Positions 44,339 to 53,774 of a stretch of 64,000 nt of DNA are shown here, piece by piece; the stretch's first letter is position 1; each line of letters opens with the position of its first letter. Origin of the DNA: a virus; the IMG/VR virus record IMGVR_UViG_2551306471_000001, positions 2,242 to 66,241 of that record; one strand, 5' to 3'. Below the pieces are notes generated by a model. That model did not search any database and was not told where the DNA came from. It saw only the letters and a program-made list of their open reading frames with translations. The position numbers and the translations under genes were made by a program.

Positions 44339-46717
44339 TCACCAGTTCAGGAGGCTGTTCGACCGGCGCGCCCGGCGGGCGGCGCGGTCCGATGCGGTGG
44401 GGACGGCGGGGGCGACGGGAGCGGCAGGCGCGGGCGCGGGCGCCGGGGCCGCGGGCGCGGCCTGGGCGGCGAGCCTGGCCTCGAAGCGGTCGCCGGCATC
44501 CTCGACGCCTTTCGCCACCTCGGCGAGCATCCGCCGGGTCTCGACCGGCAGCCGCTCCCAGGTGTCCTGCGCCTGCGCCTTCGCCCGCTTCCGCTTCACA
44601 TCCCCGCCTCCCGGCGCCGCCGCCGCGCGCCGCACGCGCGACAGCCGCTGCTGGACCTCGGCGCCCGCCGAACGGTCCGGTCCATCGTGAGGCTCGTAGG
44701 GCGGGCGTGTCCCGATCAAGGCCACGTCGGCCGCGAGCTCGCGCCGGGCCTTGGCCGAGCCCGCCAGGTCGAGGCACATGGCGGCGTAGCAGTAGACCAT
44801 GAGGTCGAGGGCCTCGTTGGCGGCGTCGGCCTTCTCCTTGTCCCACCAGGTGCGCTTGTTCTCCTCGAACAGGCGCTCGGCGGTGACCTGCTGCCAGAAG
44901 TCGTCCTGCTCGCGCAGGGACAGGGGGGCGTGGATGCTCTCGGGCTCGCCGACGCGGATGCCCCACATCCGGTGGATGGTGTCCTTGATCGACTGAGTGC
45001 CCAAATTGATGAAGTCGAGGCCGTCCCGGCGGCTGCGGTTCACGCTCTTGGCGATGGCCGGCGCGCGGCTGCCGTGGGCCTCCTTCCGGCCCTTCACGGG
45101 CACGATCTTGGCCTTGCGGGATTCGGCGAGGTTGCAGGCCTGCAGGGCCCGGTTCAGGTCGTAGCCGATGTCGACCGCGACCCGGGACGGGGTCAGCGTC
45201 GTGCCGTCGGCCTTGCGCCACGCCGCGGTGGAGATCTCCAAGACCTGGCGCCAGGCGTCCGGGCTGAACGGCTCGACCTGCTCGCGGGTGACCGTGACCT
45301 CGCCGGTCTCGGGGTCGACGACCTCGACGTTGACGCCGTCGACGACGAACCGGCCCAGGATGAACACCTCCCGGCCGGGGCCGACGCCCCAGAACAGGCC
45401 CTCGTGCCGTGGCGGGTGGCCGGTCCGGAACGACCCACGTTGGCTGTCCCAAGCGCCGTAAATCCGGACAACCGCGTCCGGCACCGGCGCGGCGTATGGC
45501 TCGCACCTCTCGGCCAGCTTGTGCGGTTCGAGCACGCCGGTGCTGTCCGCGACGAATGCCTGAGCGAGCCACAGATTGGTCCACTCCTGGGCCTCGCTCG
45601 GGTTCGCCCGTTGCGAGAGGTACTTCTCGACGATCTTCGGCCAGCGGTGCGCAGGGTCCCGGCTGTGGATCGCCCACCAATAGAACCCGACGTGCCCCTT
45701 CACCGGGGCCTTCCGGGTGGGGACGTACCTCGCCTCCTCCATGGCCCGGTTGCGCTGGTCCTCGCGCATCCAGACCCCGCAGGCCGCGCACTGGTAGCCG
45801 ATCTCCGTGACCTCGCGGGTGACGGTGACCTTGCCGGTCTGCGGGTCGAGGTCCTCGACCGTCTCGCAGCGGAACTTCAGCCCGGCCCCGGGGATCTCGT
45901 CCCGGGTGCCGGCCTCCGAGACCTGCGGCAGGAACTCCTGGACCCTCCCGCAGCAGGGGAAGGGAACGCGCATGGTGCGCTTGTCGGTCTTCTCCCACTC
46001 CAAGACCACCACGCAGTCCGGGGTCGTGGGGGTGCCGCCGATCAGGATGTGCGGCTCGGCGTACTCCGCGAATCGGGTTTCAGCCTGCCCGACCTTCGTG
46101 CCCTCGGAGCCCTTGGCCCCCTTGAAGGCCGGGTCGCCAGCCTCGTCCATGCCGACGGAGGGGGCCTGGATGGCCTTGAAGTTGCTGTCCGTCTGGACGC
46201 CGCGCTGCTGCAGGGCGGCGCCGTTGATCAGGTAGATGTCGCTCCAGCTATCCTGGATGCCGGACCTGCTGTCGGGGCGCAGCAGGGCCCGCAGGTACGG
46301 GCTCGCCTCCAGCATGGGGCGGAGCTTCTTGTCGTGCCAGTTCTGCGCCTCGCCGTCCGAGCGCTCGTAGAAGATGGTGTTCTCGCCGTCGTAGGCGGCC
46401 TTCTTGCTGAACAGCGCCGAGGTGAACGTCGAGAAGCCGCCACGGGGCGGCTTGAGCGCGACGACGTGGGTGTTCTCCGGCTCGTCCAGGGCATCGGCGA
46501 CGGCCGCCTGGGTCACGTCCAGCTTCATCGGCCCCGGCCTGGAGCCGTTTGGGACCACGACGTGGCGCTCGATGAAGGCGCGGTTGCCCATCGGGGGATT
46601 CGGGACGAGGTTCCTCGCCGCCCGGCGCACGAGCGCCTTGAAGCCATCCAGGCCCGGACGGGTCAGCAGGTCGACGGCACCCAGCAGCCGGGGATCGAGC
46701 TCAGGCTGCGGCGTCAT
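44339..46717 (-). CDS. terL: Terminase large subunit, gpA family
   Basis: VALKPPRGGFST (gpA-type Walker A), GMDEAG, GTPT, PCC and NEALDL.VY motifs. Confidence 0.92.
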   Translation of the reverse strand: MTPQPELDPRLLGAVDLLTRPGLDGFKALVRRAARNLVPNPPMGNRAFIERHVVVPNGSRPGPMKLDVTQAAVADALDEPENTHVVALKPPRGGFSTFTSALFSKKAAYDGENTIFYERSDGEAQNWHDKKLRPMLEASPYLRALLRPDSRSGIQDSWSDIYLINGAALQQRGVQTDSNFKAIQAPSVGMDEAGDPAFKGAKGSEGTKVGQAETRFAEYAEPHILIGGTPTTPDCVVVLEWEKTDKRTMRVPFPCCGRVQEFLPQVSEAGTRDEIPGAGLKFRCETVEDLDPQTGKVTVTREVTEIGYQCAACGVWMREDQRNRAMEEARYVPTRKAPVKGHVGFYWWAIHSRDPAHRWPKIVEKYLSQRANPSEAQEWTNLWLAQAFVADSTGVLEPHKLAERCEPYAAPVPDAVVRIYGAWDSQRGSFRTGHPPRHEGLFWGVGPGREVFILGRFVVDGVNVEVVDPETGEVTVTREQVEPFSPDAWRQVLEISTAAWRKADGTTLTPSRVAVDIGYDLNRALQACNLAESRKAKIVPVKGRKEAHGSRAPAIAKSVNRSRRDGLDFINLGTQSIKDTIHRMWGIRVGEPESIHAPLSLREQDDFWQQVTAERLFEENKRTWWDKEKADAANEALDLMVYCYAAMCLDLAGSAKARRELAADVALIGTRPPYEPHDGPDRSAGAEVQQRLSRVRRAAAAPGGGDVKRKRAKAQAQDTWERLPVETRRMLAEVAKGVEDAGDRFEARLAAQAAPAAPAPAPAPAAPVAPAVPTASDRAARRARRSNSLLNW
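44690..44726 (-). promoter_or_regulatory. Putative late promoter embedded in terL coding sequence
   Basis: CGTGGCCTTGATCGGGACACGC, 11-nt spacer, GAGCCT. Confidence 0.65.
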
Positions 46718-47336
46718 CGTCCGGCTCGGCCTCCAGGGCCTTACCCACCGCGTCCTCCGCCCCCTTCAATGCCGCGCGGCACTGGTCGAGCGCCTTCCGG
46801 CGCCAGGCTTTCGTCAGGTCCTCCGGGAAGCCGCCCATCTCGCGGAAGATCACGTCCGGGATGGACATGACCGCCTGCCGCACCGCGTTGTTGGACCGCT
46901 CCAGGACGTCGGCGAGCCGGTCGAACATCACGAGCTCGCCGGCCTTCTCGGCGACCTTCATCAGGCTGAGCTGCGCGTCGAAGGCCTTCTTCGGCTCCCG
47001 GATGCCCATCCAACTGAAGCCGCCCTCGCCATCCAAGCCGGACGCGGCGGCCGCCTTCAAGGCCTCGGCCTTCGTCTGCTCGACGTGCCAGCGCCAGACC
47101 TTGCCGATGTCGAGCTCGTAGGGCTCGCCTGGGCCGCCCTCGCGCTCGACCGGGCACCCCTTGGCCCGCCAGGCATCGATGGTCCCCCGGTCCCAGCCGG
47201 TGAGCTTCGACAGGGCGTTGACCGACATCAGCCGGTCGGCCCGCTCGACCCGATCCACGGCCGCCTCGACCGCCTCGGAGACGTCCCGGCGAAGCAGGCG
47301 GCGGGGCTTGTGCCGGGGTCCGTAGGGGCCGCTCAC
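46701..47336 (-). CDS. terS: Terminase small subunit, Nu1-like
   Basis: MSVNALSKLTGWDRGTIDAWRAKGCP...YELDIGKVWRW wHTH; overlaps terL. Confidence 0.88.
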   Translation of the reverse strand: MSGPYGPRHKPRRLLRRDVSEAVEAAVDRVERADRLMSVNALSKLTGWDRGTIDAWRAKGCPVEREGGPGEPYELDIGKVWRWHVEQTKAEALKAAAASGLDGEGGFSWMGIREPKKAFDAQLSLMKVAEKAGELVMFDRLADVLERSNNAVRQAVMSIPDVIFREMGGFPEDLTKAWRRKALDQCRAALKGAEDAVGKALEAEPDDDAAA

Positions 47337-47542
47337 CGGGTCTGCCCCCGCGGACCGCGGGTGTCCGGCGCCCCGAGCCGGTTGTTCACGCCACGTTCTC
47401 CGGGCGCCCGTGCCGCGACGGGGGACCCCGCAACCGCCTCCGGGGATTTCCGTGCGGTTTCAGGGGCTTGCCGGGGGTGCTGTTGCTGGGTGCCCATCAA
47501 AATGATTCCACAAGTACCGAGCTATCGCGGCGCAAATGCTCC

Positions 47543-47564
47543 CCGCACGGCATTCCCCCCGTAA
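47543..47564 (-). other. Predicted cosN with 12-nt 5' cohesive end GGGGGAATGCCG
   Basis: TTACG-GGGGGAATGCCG-TGCGG parallels lambda TTACG-GGGCGGCGACCT-CGCGG; upstream of terS. Confidence 0.55.
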
Positions 47565-47683
47565 GGGGTCCCCATCGGGGGGGGTGGGGGGTGCCCCTAG
47601 GGGGGGCGCGACCCCCCCCCGGGGTGGGAGAGCCGCCCCCGCCCCCAGCGACGGCTCTCCCGCTCGGCGGACCGAGGCGACCC

Positions 47684-47721
47684 ACGCTGCCCGGCAGCGC
47701 GTGTCCCGATCCAGGCCACGC
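47684..47721 (-). promoter_or_regulatory. Putative late promoter for the terS operon
   Basis: Motif, 11-nt spacer, CAGCGT. Confidence 0.7.
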
Positions 47722-47808
47722 CCCGGGGCGGCGCCGGGCGGGCCCGGGGGCGGCGGGGGCACGCGAAAAAGTGCGGGGACCGCCGGATTTCCGGCGCGGG
47801 GGTGTTGT

Positions 47809-47882
47809 GCCTTGCCCTGTGCACACTTGTGCGCACACGAGATGCGCACGTCGGCACGCGGCGGCATGACGGGATGCCGCCG
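47809..47882. repeat. 28-bp conserved motif plus hairpin, copy 3 of 3
   Basis: Identical core; hairpin CGGCGGCAT/ATGCCGCCG. Confidence 0.9.
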
Positions 47883-47887
47883 GGCGG

Positions 47888-48763
47888 TCAGGCGGCCATG
47901 CGGGTCGGGGCGCGCTTGGCGGCGTGCGCCAGGTTGTCGGCCAACTGCTCCGCCATGATCTGCGGGATGCGCGCGGCCGCAGCCTGGCAGGCCTCCTCCC
48001 AGGGGCGCTCCAGGATGGGCTTGTAGGTCGCCCGGTCGACGGCGAGGAACAGGATGCGGGGGTGGTCGATGTCCCGCATCCGCCGCCCGACGTTGACCAC
48101 GCGCCCGCCCCGGCGGTTCGAGAAGATCTGCGCGGTCTCGCCGGTGTCGACGGCCACGCGCGGCGGCCGGGCGATGTAGGCGAGCCTGGGCTGGCCGTGC
48201 AGGTTGATCGTCCCCTTGTAGACGCCCCACCTCGACGCCGTGGACGCCCGCGCCTTGGCCTTGGTGCCCGCCGCCTCGCGCGACAGGCGTGCCAGGAAGC
48301 CCCTCGGCACGCCCCCGTACTGGGTCGGCTGGACGCCCTGCGTCAGGGTGATGTTCTGCCAGAACGGGATCAGGATCTTGTCCTGCGCCAGGCCGACGTC
48401 GCCCGGCAGGCGCGTGTTGTCCTGTACGCCGAACAGGTACTTCAAGTAGGTGCTCTGGCGCGGCATGACGTAGACGGCCGAGAACAGCCCATCCACGTTC
48501 GTGCCCGCCTCGATGGCGTTGAGACCCGCGGCCGAGGAGCGCTTGTACTTGATGGCCGACTGCGTCCAGGGCGTGTTCCGCTTCAGGTGCTTGTGGAACT
48601 GCGCGCGGATGCCGACGACGGCGTGCTTGGCCACCTCGTCGACCGCCCAGCCGGCGGCCCTCCGATACTTGGCCTCGCCGACGGTCGAGACGAAGCGGTC
48701 GCGCCAGGCGGCGATGGGGCCGGCGACGTCGGCGGCGATGCGGACACGGAAGGTCGTGCTCAT
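47888..48763 (-). CDS. Late-expressed phage protein, possibly gpZ-like tail completion
   Basis: TPWTQSAI.Y..S...YL.YL pattern; preceded by a late-promoter copy. Confidence 0.5.
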   Translation of the reverse strand: MSTTFRVRIAADVAGPIAAWRDRFVSTVGEAKYRRAAGWAVDEVAKHAVVGIRAQFHKHLKRNTPWTQSAIKYKRSSAAGLNAIEAGTNVDGLFSAVYVMPRQSTYLKYLFGVQDNTRLPGDVGLAQDKILIPFWQNITLTQGVQPTQYGGVPRGFLARLSREAAGTKAKARASTASRWGVYKGTINLHGQPRLAYIARPPRVAVDTGETAQIFSNRRGGRVVNVGRRMRDIDHPRILFLAVDRATYKPILERPWEEACQAAAARIPQIMAEQLADNLAHAAKRAPTRMAA

Positions 48764-48770
48764 GCCCGGC

Positions 48771-48808
48771 AGGGTGCGCCGCCGGGTGTGACCCGTTCCA
48801 GGCTACGC
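48771..48808 (-). promoter_or_regulatory. Putative late promoter; leaderless start predicted
   Basis: CGTAGCCTGGAACGGGTCACAC, 11-nt spacer after GGGTCAC, CACCCT, 7 nt, ATG. Confidence 0.65.
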
Positions 48809-48997
48809 CGCAGGCATGGATGGGCCGAGGAATCCTCGCCATGCCCGAGGCGCATGATTGGCCGCCCTTGACGCTGGACACCCGCGCTAGGCGCGTGCCC
48901 GCACAATCCATGGGCGACACTCACGCCGATGCCTAATATTTGCGCACGTTCTTTTTAGCGGACGGTTCGTCCCGACGCCTCGGCAGGGGCGCCCGAA

Positions 48998-51241
48998 ATG
49001 CTGGTTCAGGCCCTCCAATCGGGTTTTGGCCTCGCCACCGGCGAACGGGTGCGTGGCGGGGCTCCCTGGGGCGGTCCAGGGTGGCCAGGTGCATGCCACC
49101 CTCGCATTCGGGTTTGGAGGTGGATGGCGCGCGCGGATCGCGCCTCGGGGCGGCTCTGGCGCCTTTCCAGGCGGGGTGGGAGACTTCCGGCACGTCGCGT
49201 CGGGTCGTGCTGCCCCGTCGCAACCGGACCCGGACCCGTCGCCTTGCTCCATCTCCCCAGCGCCGCCTTCGTTCGCCTCGACCCGTTCGCGCAGAAGCTC
49301 CTGCCGGCGTCCGAGTTGGCGCGCCTGAAAGAGGCGTTCCGCGCCCGCGTCCACGCCGGCCCGCGCGCCGCACATGTAAGGACGCTGCATCCGGATCTTG
49401 CCTGCACCAAGGGCAAGGTGTCGCTAATGCGGGTGTCCGGCAGCGAGGGCGACGAGCGCTGGGAGACCCGCGTCGTCACCGTCAGTGAGCTCGCCACGTC
49501 CGACGCCCTGCTCTGGGCGACCCACATCAGCATGCAGCGCTTCTACGGCGCGCGCGGCTCCACCTCGCTCACCCAGGTCCAGTCCCTGATCGCGGACGTG
49601 GACTGCCACGACAAGGCGGACTTTCGCGGGCTCACTCCCGAGGAGATGGCCGGCGAGATGATCGAGCGCCTCCGGGCGGCCGCCAAGCCACTGCCGTCGT
49701 ACATCGTCTTCTCCGGCCGCGGCCTGCATTGCGTGTGGCTGCACCAGCCCCTCATGGCGACGCCGGGCGTGATCCGTCGGCACCGGTCGGTCCAGCGGCA
49801 CATGCACGGCCCCAAGGGCGGCAAGCCGAGCGCCACCGTCCGCACCGCCTCGGGCACCCGCCTCCAGGACCCCGAGGTCATCGCCCATGAGGAGACGATG
49901 GCTGCGGTCTGGCGCGGAACCGGCCTCGACCGCGGCGCCGCCGACCCCGCCCGCGTCCTGCGCCTCGCCGGGTCGTATAACCACAAGTCGGGGCAGGTCG
50001 CGCGGCTGGTCTGGCCAGCATCTTGGGCCGACGTCGAAAGGCACGATTTCGAGGACCTGGCCGACGCGTTCCTGCCGTTCACCCGCGACCAGATGGCGGC
50101 CATCAAGGCCGAGCGCCAGGCATCGTACGAGCAGCGCGAGAAGGCGCGCCAGGAGCGCCGAGCCGAGCAGGAGGCCGCCGGCATCCCGTTCGTCGATGAG
50201 CAGCCCCGCCGCCGGAATTCCGGCGGATACTGGGCGAGCGTCGTCGGGGCCCTCGATGCCGTCCGGGTAAACCGGTGGGGCGGGACTCCTCCCGAGGGCA
50301 AGCGCGAGCTGTGGGCGTTCCTGAGCGCCTGCGCCATCGCCCAGGCCGAGGGCGGGGACGCGGCATCGTGGGCCGCGCGCCTTTGCGGCCCTGCGGGCCT
50401 GACCGAGGCCGAGCTCCGCACGAGCCTCGGCGCGCTGGATCGCATCCTGCGCCGGGCCGAGGCCGGGGAGACGAGCGGCGACGATGCCGAGCGCCCGGTC
50501 GGCTACGTCTACTCGAAGGCCCGGATGCTGAGCCTGCTCGGTCTGTCCGAGGACGACGCCCGCGCCGCCGGGGGCGATGCGCTGCTGCCCGGCGGTGTGC
50601 GGCGGTCGGAGCAGGCCCGCAGCGCGGACCGTCGGGCGGAGGCGGGCGCCACGCCCCACGCAGTCACCGTCTCCGCCCGGCTGGCCGACGGTCGCGAGGC
50701 CCTCATCCTGCAGGCCGCCGGGAAGAGCATGCGCGAGATCGTGGCGGCCTTCTCCGGGCGCCGCCGCGAGACGAGCCTGCGCCGGGCGATGGCCGAGGCG
50801 GCTGCGGAGACCCCCGTCGAGACCCTGCCCGAGACCGTCGCGGCGGCCCCCGTCGAAAGCGTCTCCGAGACCGTGGAGGATCAGTCCGTCGAAGGTCCTC
50901 ACGGTTCGACCACTACTATAGTGGCCCTGCCGGGGCTCTATGCCCCCTCGGGCGCCGAGACCGACGACGAGCCCTTCCGCCACCCCCTTCTGGACCCGCC
51001 GCAAGCCGGTTTTTGGACCTCGTCCCCGTCAGACCACCTGGCAGCCTCGTGTAGCGGTTTCGGCGCATGGATGAGGAATGATCCAGCCTCGCCTTCTCGG
51101 CCACTGATCTCGGCCTTCCCTGCGCCTCGGTCTGGAGCCGTGCAGTCTCAGAATGCGGCGGCTGGCGCTGTCGGAAGGGTCCCGGTCCCGGCCTTCCTGC
51201 TCAAGGCCCTGGGAGGGGTGCCGGGGCGCCCGTCCGCTTGA
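48998..51241 (+). CDS. Replication protein, RepB/AEP-type primase (true start uncertain)
   Basis: ADVD, YIVFSGRGLHCVWL and DPARVLRLAGSYNHKSG motifs. Confidence 0.78.
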   Translation: MLVQALQSGFGLATGERVRGGAPWGGPGWPGACHPRIRVWRWMARADRASGRLWRLSRRGGRLPARRVGSCCPVATGPGPVALLHLPSAAFVRLDPFAQKLLPASELARLKEAFRARVHAGPRAAHVRTLHPDLACTKGKVSLMRVSGSEGDERWETRVVTVSELATSDALLWATHISMQRFYGARGSTSLTQVQSLIADVDCHDKADFRGLTPEEMAGEMIERLRAAAKPLPSYIVFSGRGLHCVWLHQPLMATPGVIRRHRSVQRHMHGPKGGKPSATVRTASGTRLQDPEVIAHEETMAAVWRGTGLDRGAADPARVLRLAGSYNHKSGQVARLVWPASWADVERHDFEDLADAFLPFTRDQMAAIKAERQASYEQREKARQERRAEQEAAGIPFVDEQPRRRNSGGYWASVVGALDAVRVNRWGGTPPEGKRELWAFLSACAIAQAEGGDAASWAARLCGPAGLTEAELRTSLGALDRILRRAEAGETSGDDAERPVGYVYSKARMLSLLGLSEDDARAAGGDALLPGGVRRSEQARSADRRAEAGATPHAVTVSARLADGREALILQAAGKSMREIVAAFSGRRRETSLRRAMAEAAAETPVETLPETVAAAPVESVSETVEDQSVEGPHGSTTTIVALPGLYAPSGAETDDEPFRHPLLDPPQAGFWTSSPSDHLAASCSGFGAWMRNDPASPSRPLISAFPAPRSGAVQSQNAAAGAVGRVPVPAFLLKALGGVPGRPSA

Positions 51242-51514
51242 TGTAGGCCCGGGCGCGGGATACATTCTCCCTCGCCGACAGGTCCAGATGCAGCACATCT
51301 TGGGAAGCCCGCTCCGCCGCAAGGTTGGGCGGGCTTCGTCGTCTTGGTTCCCACCTGGCGGGACCAGCGGGCCAAGCATCTAGGCTCCACTCCCTATCCG
51401 ACGCGCCGCCCCTGACGGACGCTCCCCGACGTCGCCACACGTCGGGACCCGCCATGCGCCCCATCACCTACGTCGCCTGCCACCACCAGCCCTGCCGCCG
51501 GGCGGCCTGACGCC

Positions 51515-51883
51515 ATGCAGCGCGGCAATCCCAACGGCATCCGGGCCCGGGTCACGGATCACGCCCTCCGCCGCTACGCCGAGCGTGCGCTGGGCGTGAC
51601 GGTCGACGCCTCGGTCGAGGACGACGAGGCCATCCTGGAGCTCCGCCGGCGCCGCGTGCCCGTCGGGTCCATCCGCCGGCACCTCTCCATCGTCGGGGGC
51701 CTCGGGGTCGCCAACGGGGCGCAGGCCGTCATCGCCGAGGGCCTGAAGCTTATCATCGCCGACCGGGCCGTCGTGACCGTCCTGGCGAAGAAGCTGCGCG
51801 CTGACATCGCCGCCGCGGCGGGCCCTTCCTCCCCGGTCCCGTCCCGCCCCCGGACCTGCCTCGAACTGGGAGCGCCGGCATGA
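51515..51883 (+). CDS. Phage hypothetical protein
   Basis: VTDHALRRYAER motif. Confidence 0.65.
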   Translation: MQRGNPNGIRARVTDHALRRYAERALGVTVDASVEDDEAILELRRRRVPVGSIRRHLSIVGGLGVANGAQAVIAEGLKLIIADRAVVTVLAKKLRADIAAAAGPSSPVPSRPRTCLELGAPA

Positions 51884-52176
51884 CCGCCGAACCCGCCTTC
51901 CTCACCTTCGACACCTGTGCCGATGCCGAGGCATGCCGGGCCGGCATCCGCCCGCTGCTCGCCCCGGGCATGGACTGGTCCGAGGTCCACTGCGGCCGCT
52001 GCGGGCGCCAGGGCATCGTCCGCCACGCCGACCTCTCGCCGGCCAATCCCGAGCCCGTCCCGGCGCCCGCCGAGGCCCCGCAGCCGACCGAGCCGGCCGA
52101 AATCGAGACGGCGTCAGATTCGGTGCCTGAGCCCGCGGCGTCGCCCCAGGCGGCTCCCAAGGGAGGTCGGTCGTGA
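51880..52176 (+). CDS. Small Cys-containing protein
   Basis: CGRCG motif; coupled. Confidence 0.55.
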   Translation: MTAEPAFLTFDTCADAEACRAGIRPLLAPGMDWSEVHCGRCGRQGIVRHADLSPANPEPVPAPAEAPQPTEPAEIETASDSVPEPAASPQAAPKGGRS

Positions 52177-52616
52177 CCCGGCTCCTCAACGCCCCGCACG
52201 TCTCGCGCGAGGCCGAGTGGCTGTCGGCCGCCATCCTCATGGCCTTCGCCCTGGCGTTGCTCTCGCCGGGCTCGACCTTCTCCCGGCCGGTGTTCGTCAA
52301 CCTCGCCGCGGTGGCCCCCGAGGGCACCTGGGGCATGGCGCTCCTCGGCATCGCCACGGTCCGCATGATCGGGCTGTGGGTGAACGGTAACTGGCGCCGC
52401 TCGCCAACGCTCCGGTTCCTGACCTCGGCCGCCGGCGCCTGCGTGTGGCTCTGGCTCGCCCGCCTGTTCTCCGACGACGGCTACTCCGGCCTCAACACGG
52501 GGGCCCTCGTCTATCTCGCGGTCGGGCTCTTCGATCTGTACGCGGCCGGGCGCAGCCTCGCCGACCAAGGCAAGAACGACCAGCGGTACGCGCTGGCACG
52601 CCGGGGGACCGCCTGA
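52173..52616 (+). CDS. Multi-TM membrane protein (holin-associated)
   Basis: About four TM helices at the start of the lysis cluster. Confidence 0.65.
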   Translation: MTRLLNAPHVSREAEWLSAAILMAFALALLSPGSTFSRPVFVNLAAVAPEGTWGMALLGIATVRMIGLWVNGNWRRSPTLRFLTSAAGACVWLWLARLFSDDGYSGLNTGALVYLAVGLFDLYAAGRSLADQGKNDQRYALARRGTA

Positions 52617-52954
52617 TGCTCGCCGATGCCTACGCGGCCATCCTGTCTATCCCGGACGGCGTCCTGAAGGCGGCCGGTGCCGTGCTCGGCGCCGCCGCCA
52701 CGGTCGGTTTCTACCTGTGGGGCCGCCTGCGCACCCTGCGCCCGGCACCCGAAGCGGCCGTGCCCCGCGTCGGGCTGACCGAGACCGACCGCCAACTCGG
52801 CTTCACCATCATCCGCACGGGGACCGATCTGACCCGGGCTCTGAGCGACCACGCCGAGATCCTGGCCCGCGCATTCCCGGCCGCCGCCCCGGCGCCCGAG
52901 CCCGATCCCATCCCCCCACGTCGGGCCCACCGGCCCCGGAGGCCGCAGCCGTGA
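52616..52954 (+). CDS. Single-TM protein
   Basis: GVLKAAGAVLGAAATVGFYLWGR; coupled. Confidence 0.6.
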   Translation: MLADAYAAILSIPDGVLKAAGAVLGAAATVGFYLWGRLRTLRPAPEAAVPRVGLTETDRQLGFTIIRTGTDLTRALSDHAEILARAFPAAAPAPEPDPIPPRRAHRPRRPQP

Positions 52955-53184
52955 GGAAGCCCAAGCTCGTCTCGAACGCCAAGGCCGTCGCCCGGCATAG
53001 CTGGTCGTTCCAGCTCAACGTCGTCGCGACGGTGGCCTCGTCCGTCGTGCTCGGCATGTCGGTCCTGGCCGGCGCGCCACCCATCAACCCGGTCTGGTTC
53101 GCGGCGCTCTACGGCGCGGTGAACCTCGTGGCCGCCGGGGCGCGCTTCATCGCGCAGCCCGAGGTCTCCGGGGAGGCGTCCTGA
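52951..53184 (+). CDS. Holin-like protein
   Basis: LVSN...ARHSWSFQL plus two TM helices, directly before the endolysin. Confidence 0.7.
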   Translation: MRKPKLVSNAKAVARHSWSFQLNVVATVASSVVLGMSVLAGAPPINPVWFAALYGAVNLVAAGARFIAQPEVSGEAS

Positions 53185-53774
53185 TGCTCGCCTTCCTGCG
53201 CAAGCTCGGCGTCGCGGCCGCCGTCGGCAGCGTCAGCGCCGCTCCCCGGGCCGCTGCAGCGGCCCCGCTGGCCGCCGTCGCCGCGACGAGGACCTCCACG
53301 AAGGCCGGGGTCGGCTCCCGGCTGAAGCGGTCCGCCGCGGCGGCCGCGCTGTGCACCGGCCTTGTCGGCGGGTTCGAGGGCCTGCGCACCTCGGCCTACC
53401 CCGACCCGGCGACGGGACGGGAACCCTGGACCGTGTGCTTCGGCGAGACCGCCGGGGTGAAGCGGGGCGACACCTACACGGTAGCCCAGTGCAAGGAGAT
53501 GCTCGCCCGGAGCCTGGAGGGATACGCCCTGAAGCTGGAGGGCTGCGTCACCCGGCCGATGGCCGACGAGACCTACGCCGCCTTCCTGAGCCTCTCCTAC
53601 AACATCGGCTCGGGTGGCTTCTGCAAGTCGTCGGTCGCGCGCCTCTGGAACGCCGGGGAGAGCCGCGCCGCCTGCGACGCGATGCTGAAGTTCAACCGCG
53701 CCGCGGGCGTCACGATGCCGGGGCTGACCCGGCGCCGGACGCAGGAACGCGCCCTCTGCCTGAAGGGAATCTGA
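53184..53774 (+). CDS. Endolysin, GH24 lysozyme with probable SAR/N-terminal anchor
   Basis: FEGLRTSAYPD...WTVCFGET; SLSYNIG; GLTRRR..ER..CL. Confidence 0.92.
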   Translation: MLAFLRKLGVAAAVGSVSAAPRAAAAAPLAAVAATRTSTKAGVGSRLKRSAAAAALCTGLVGGFEGLRTSAYPDPATGREPWTVCFGETAGVKRGDTYTVAQCKEMLARSLEGYALKLEGCVTRPMADETYAAFLSLSYNIGSGGFCKSSVARLWNAGESRAACDAMLKFNRAAGVTMPGLTRRRTQERALCLKGI

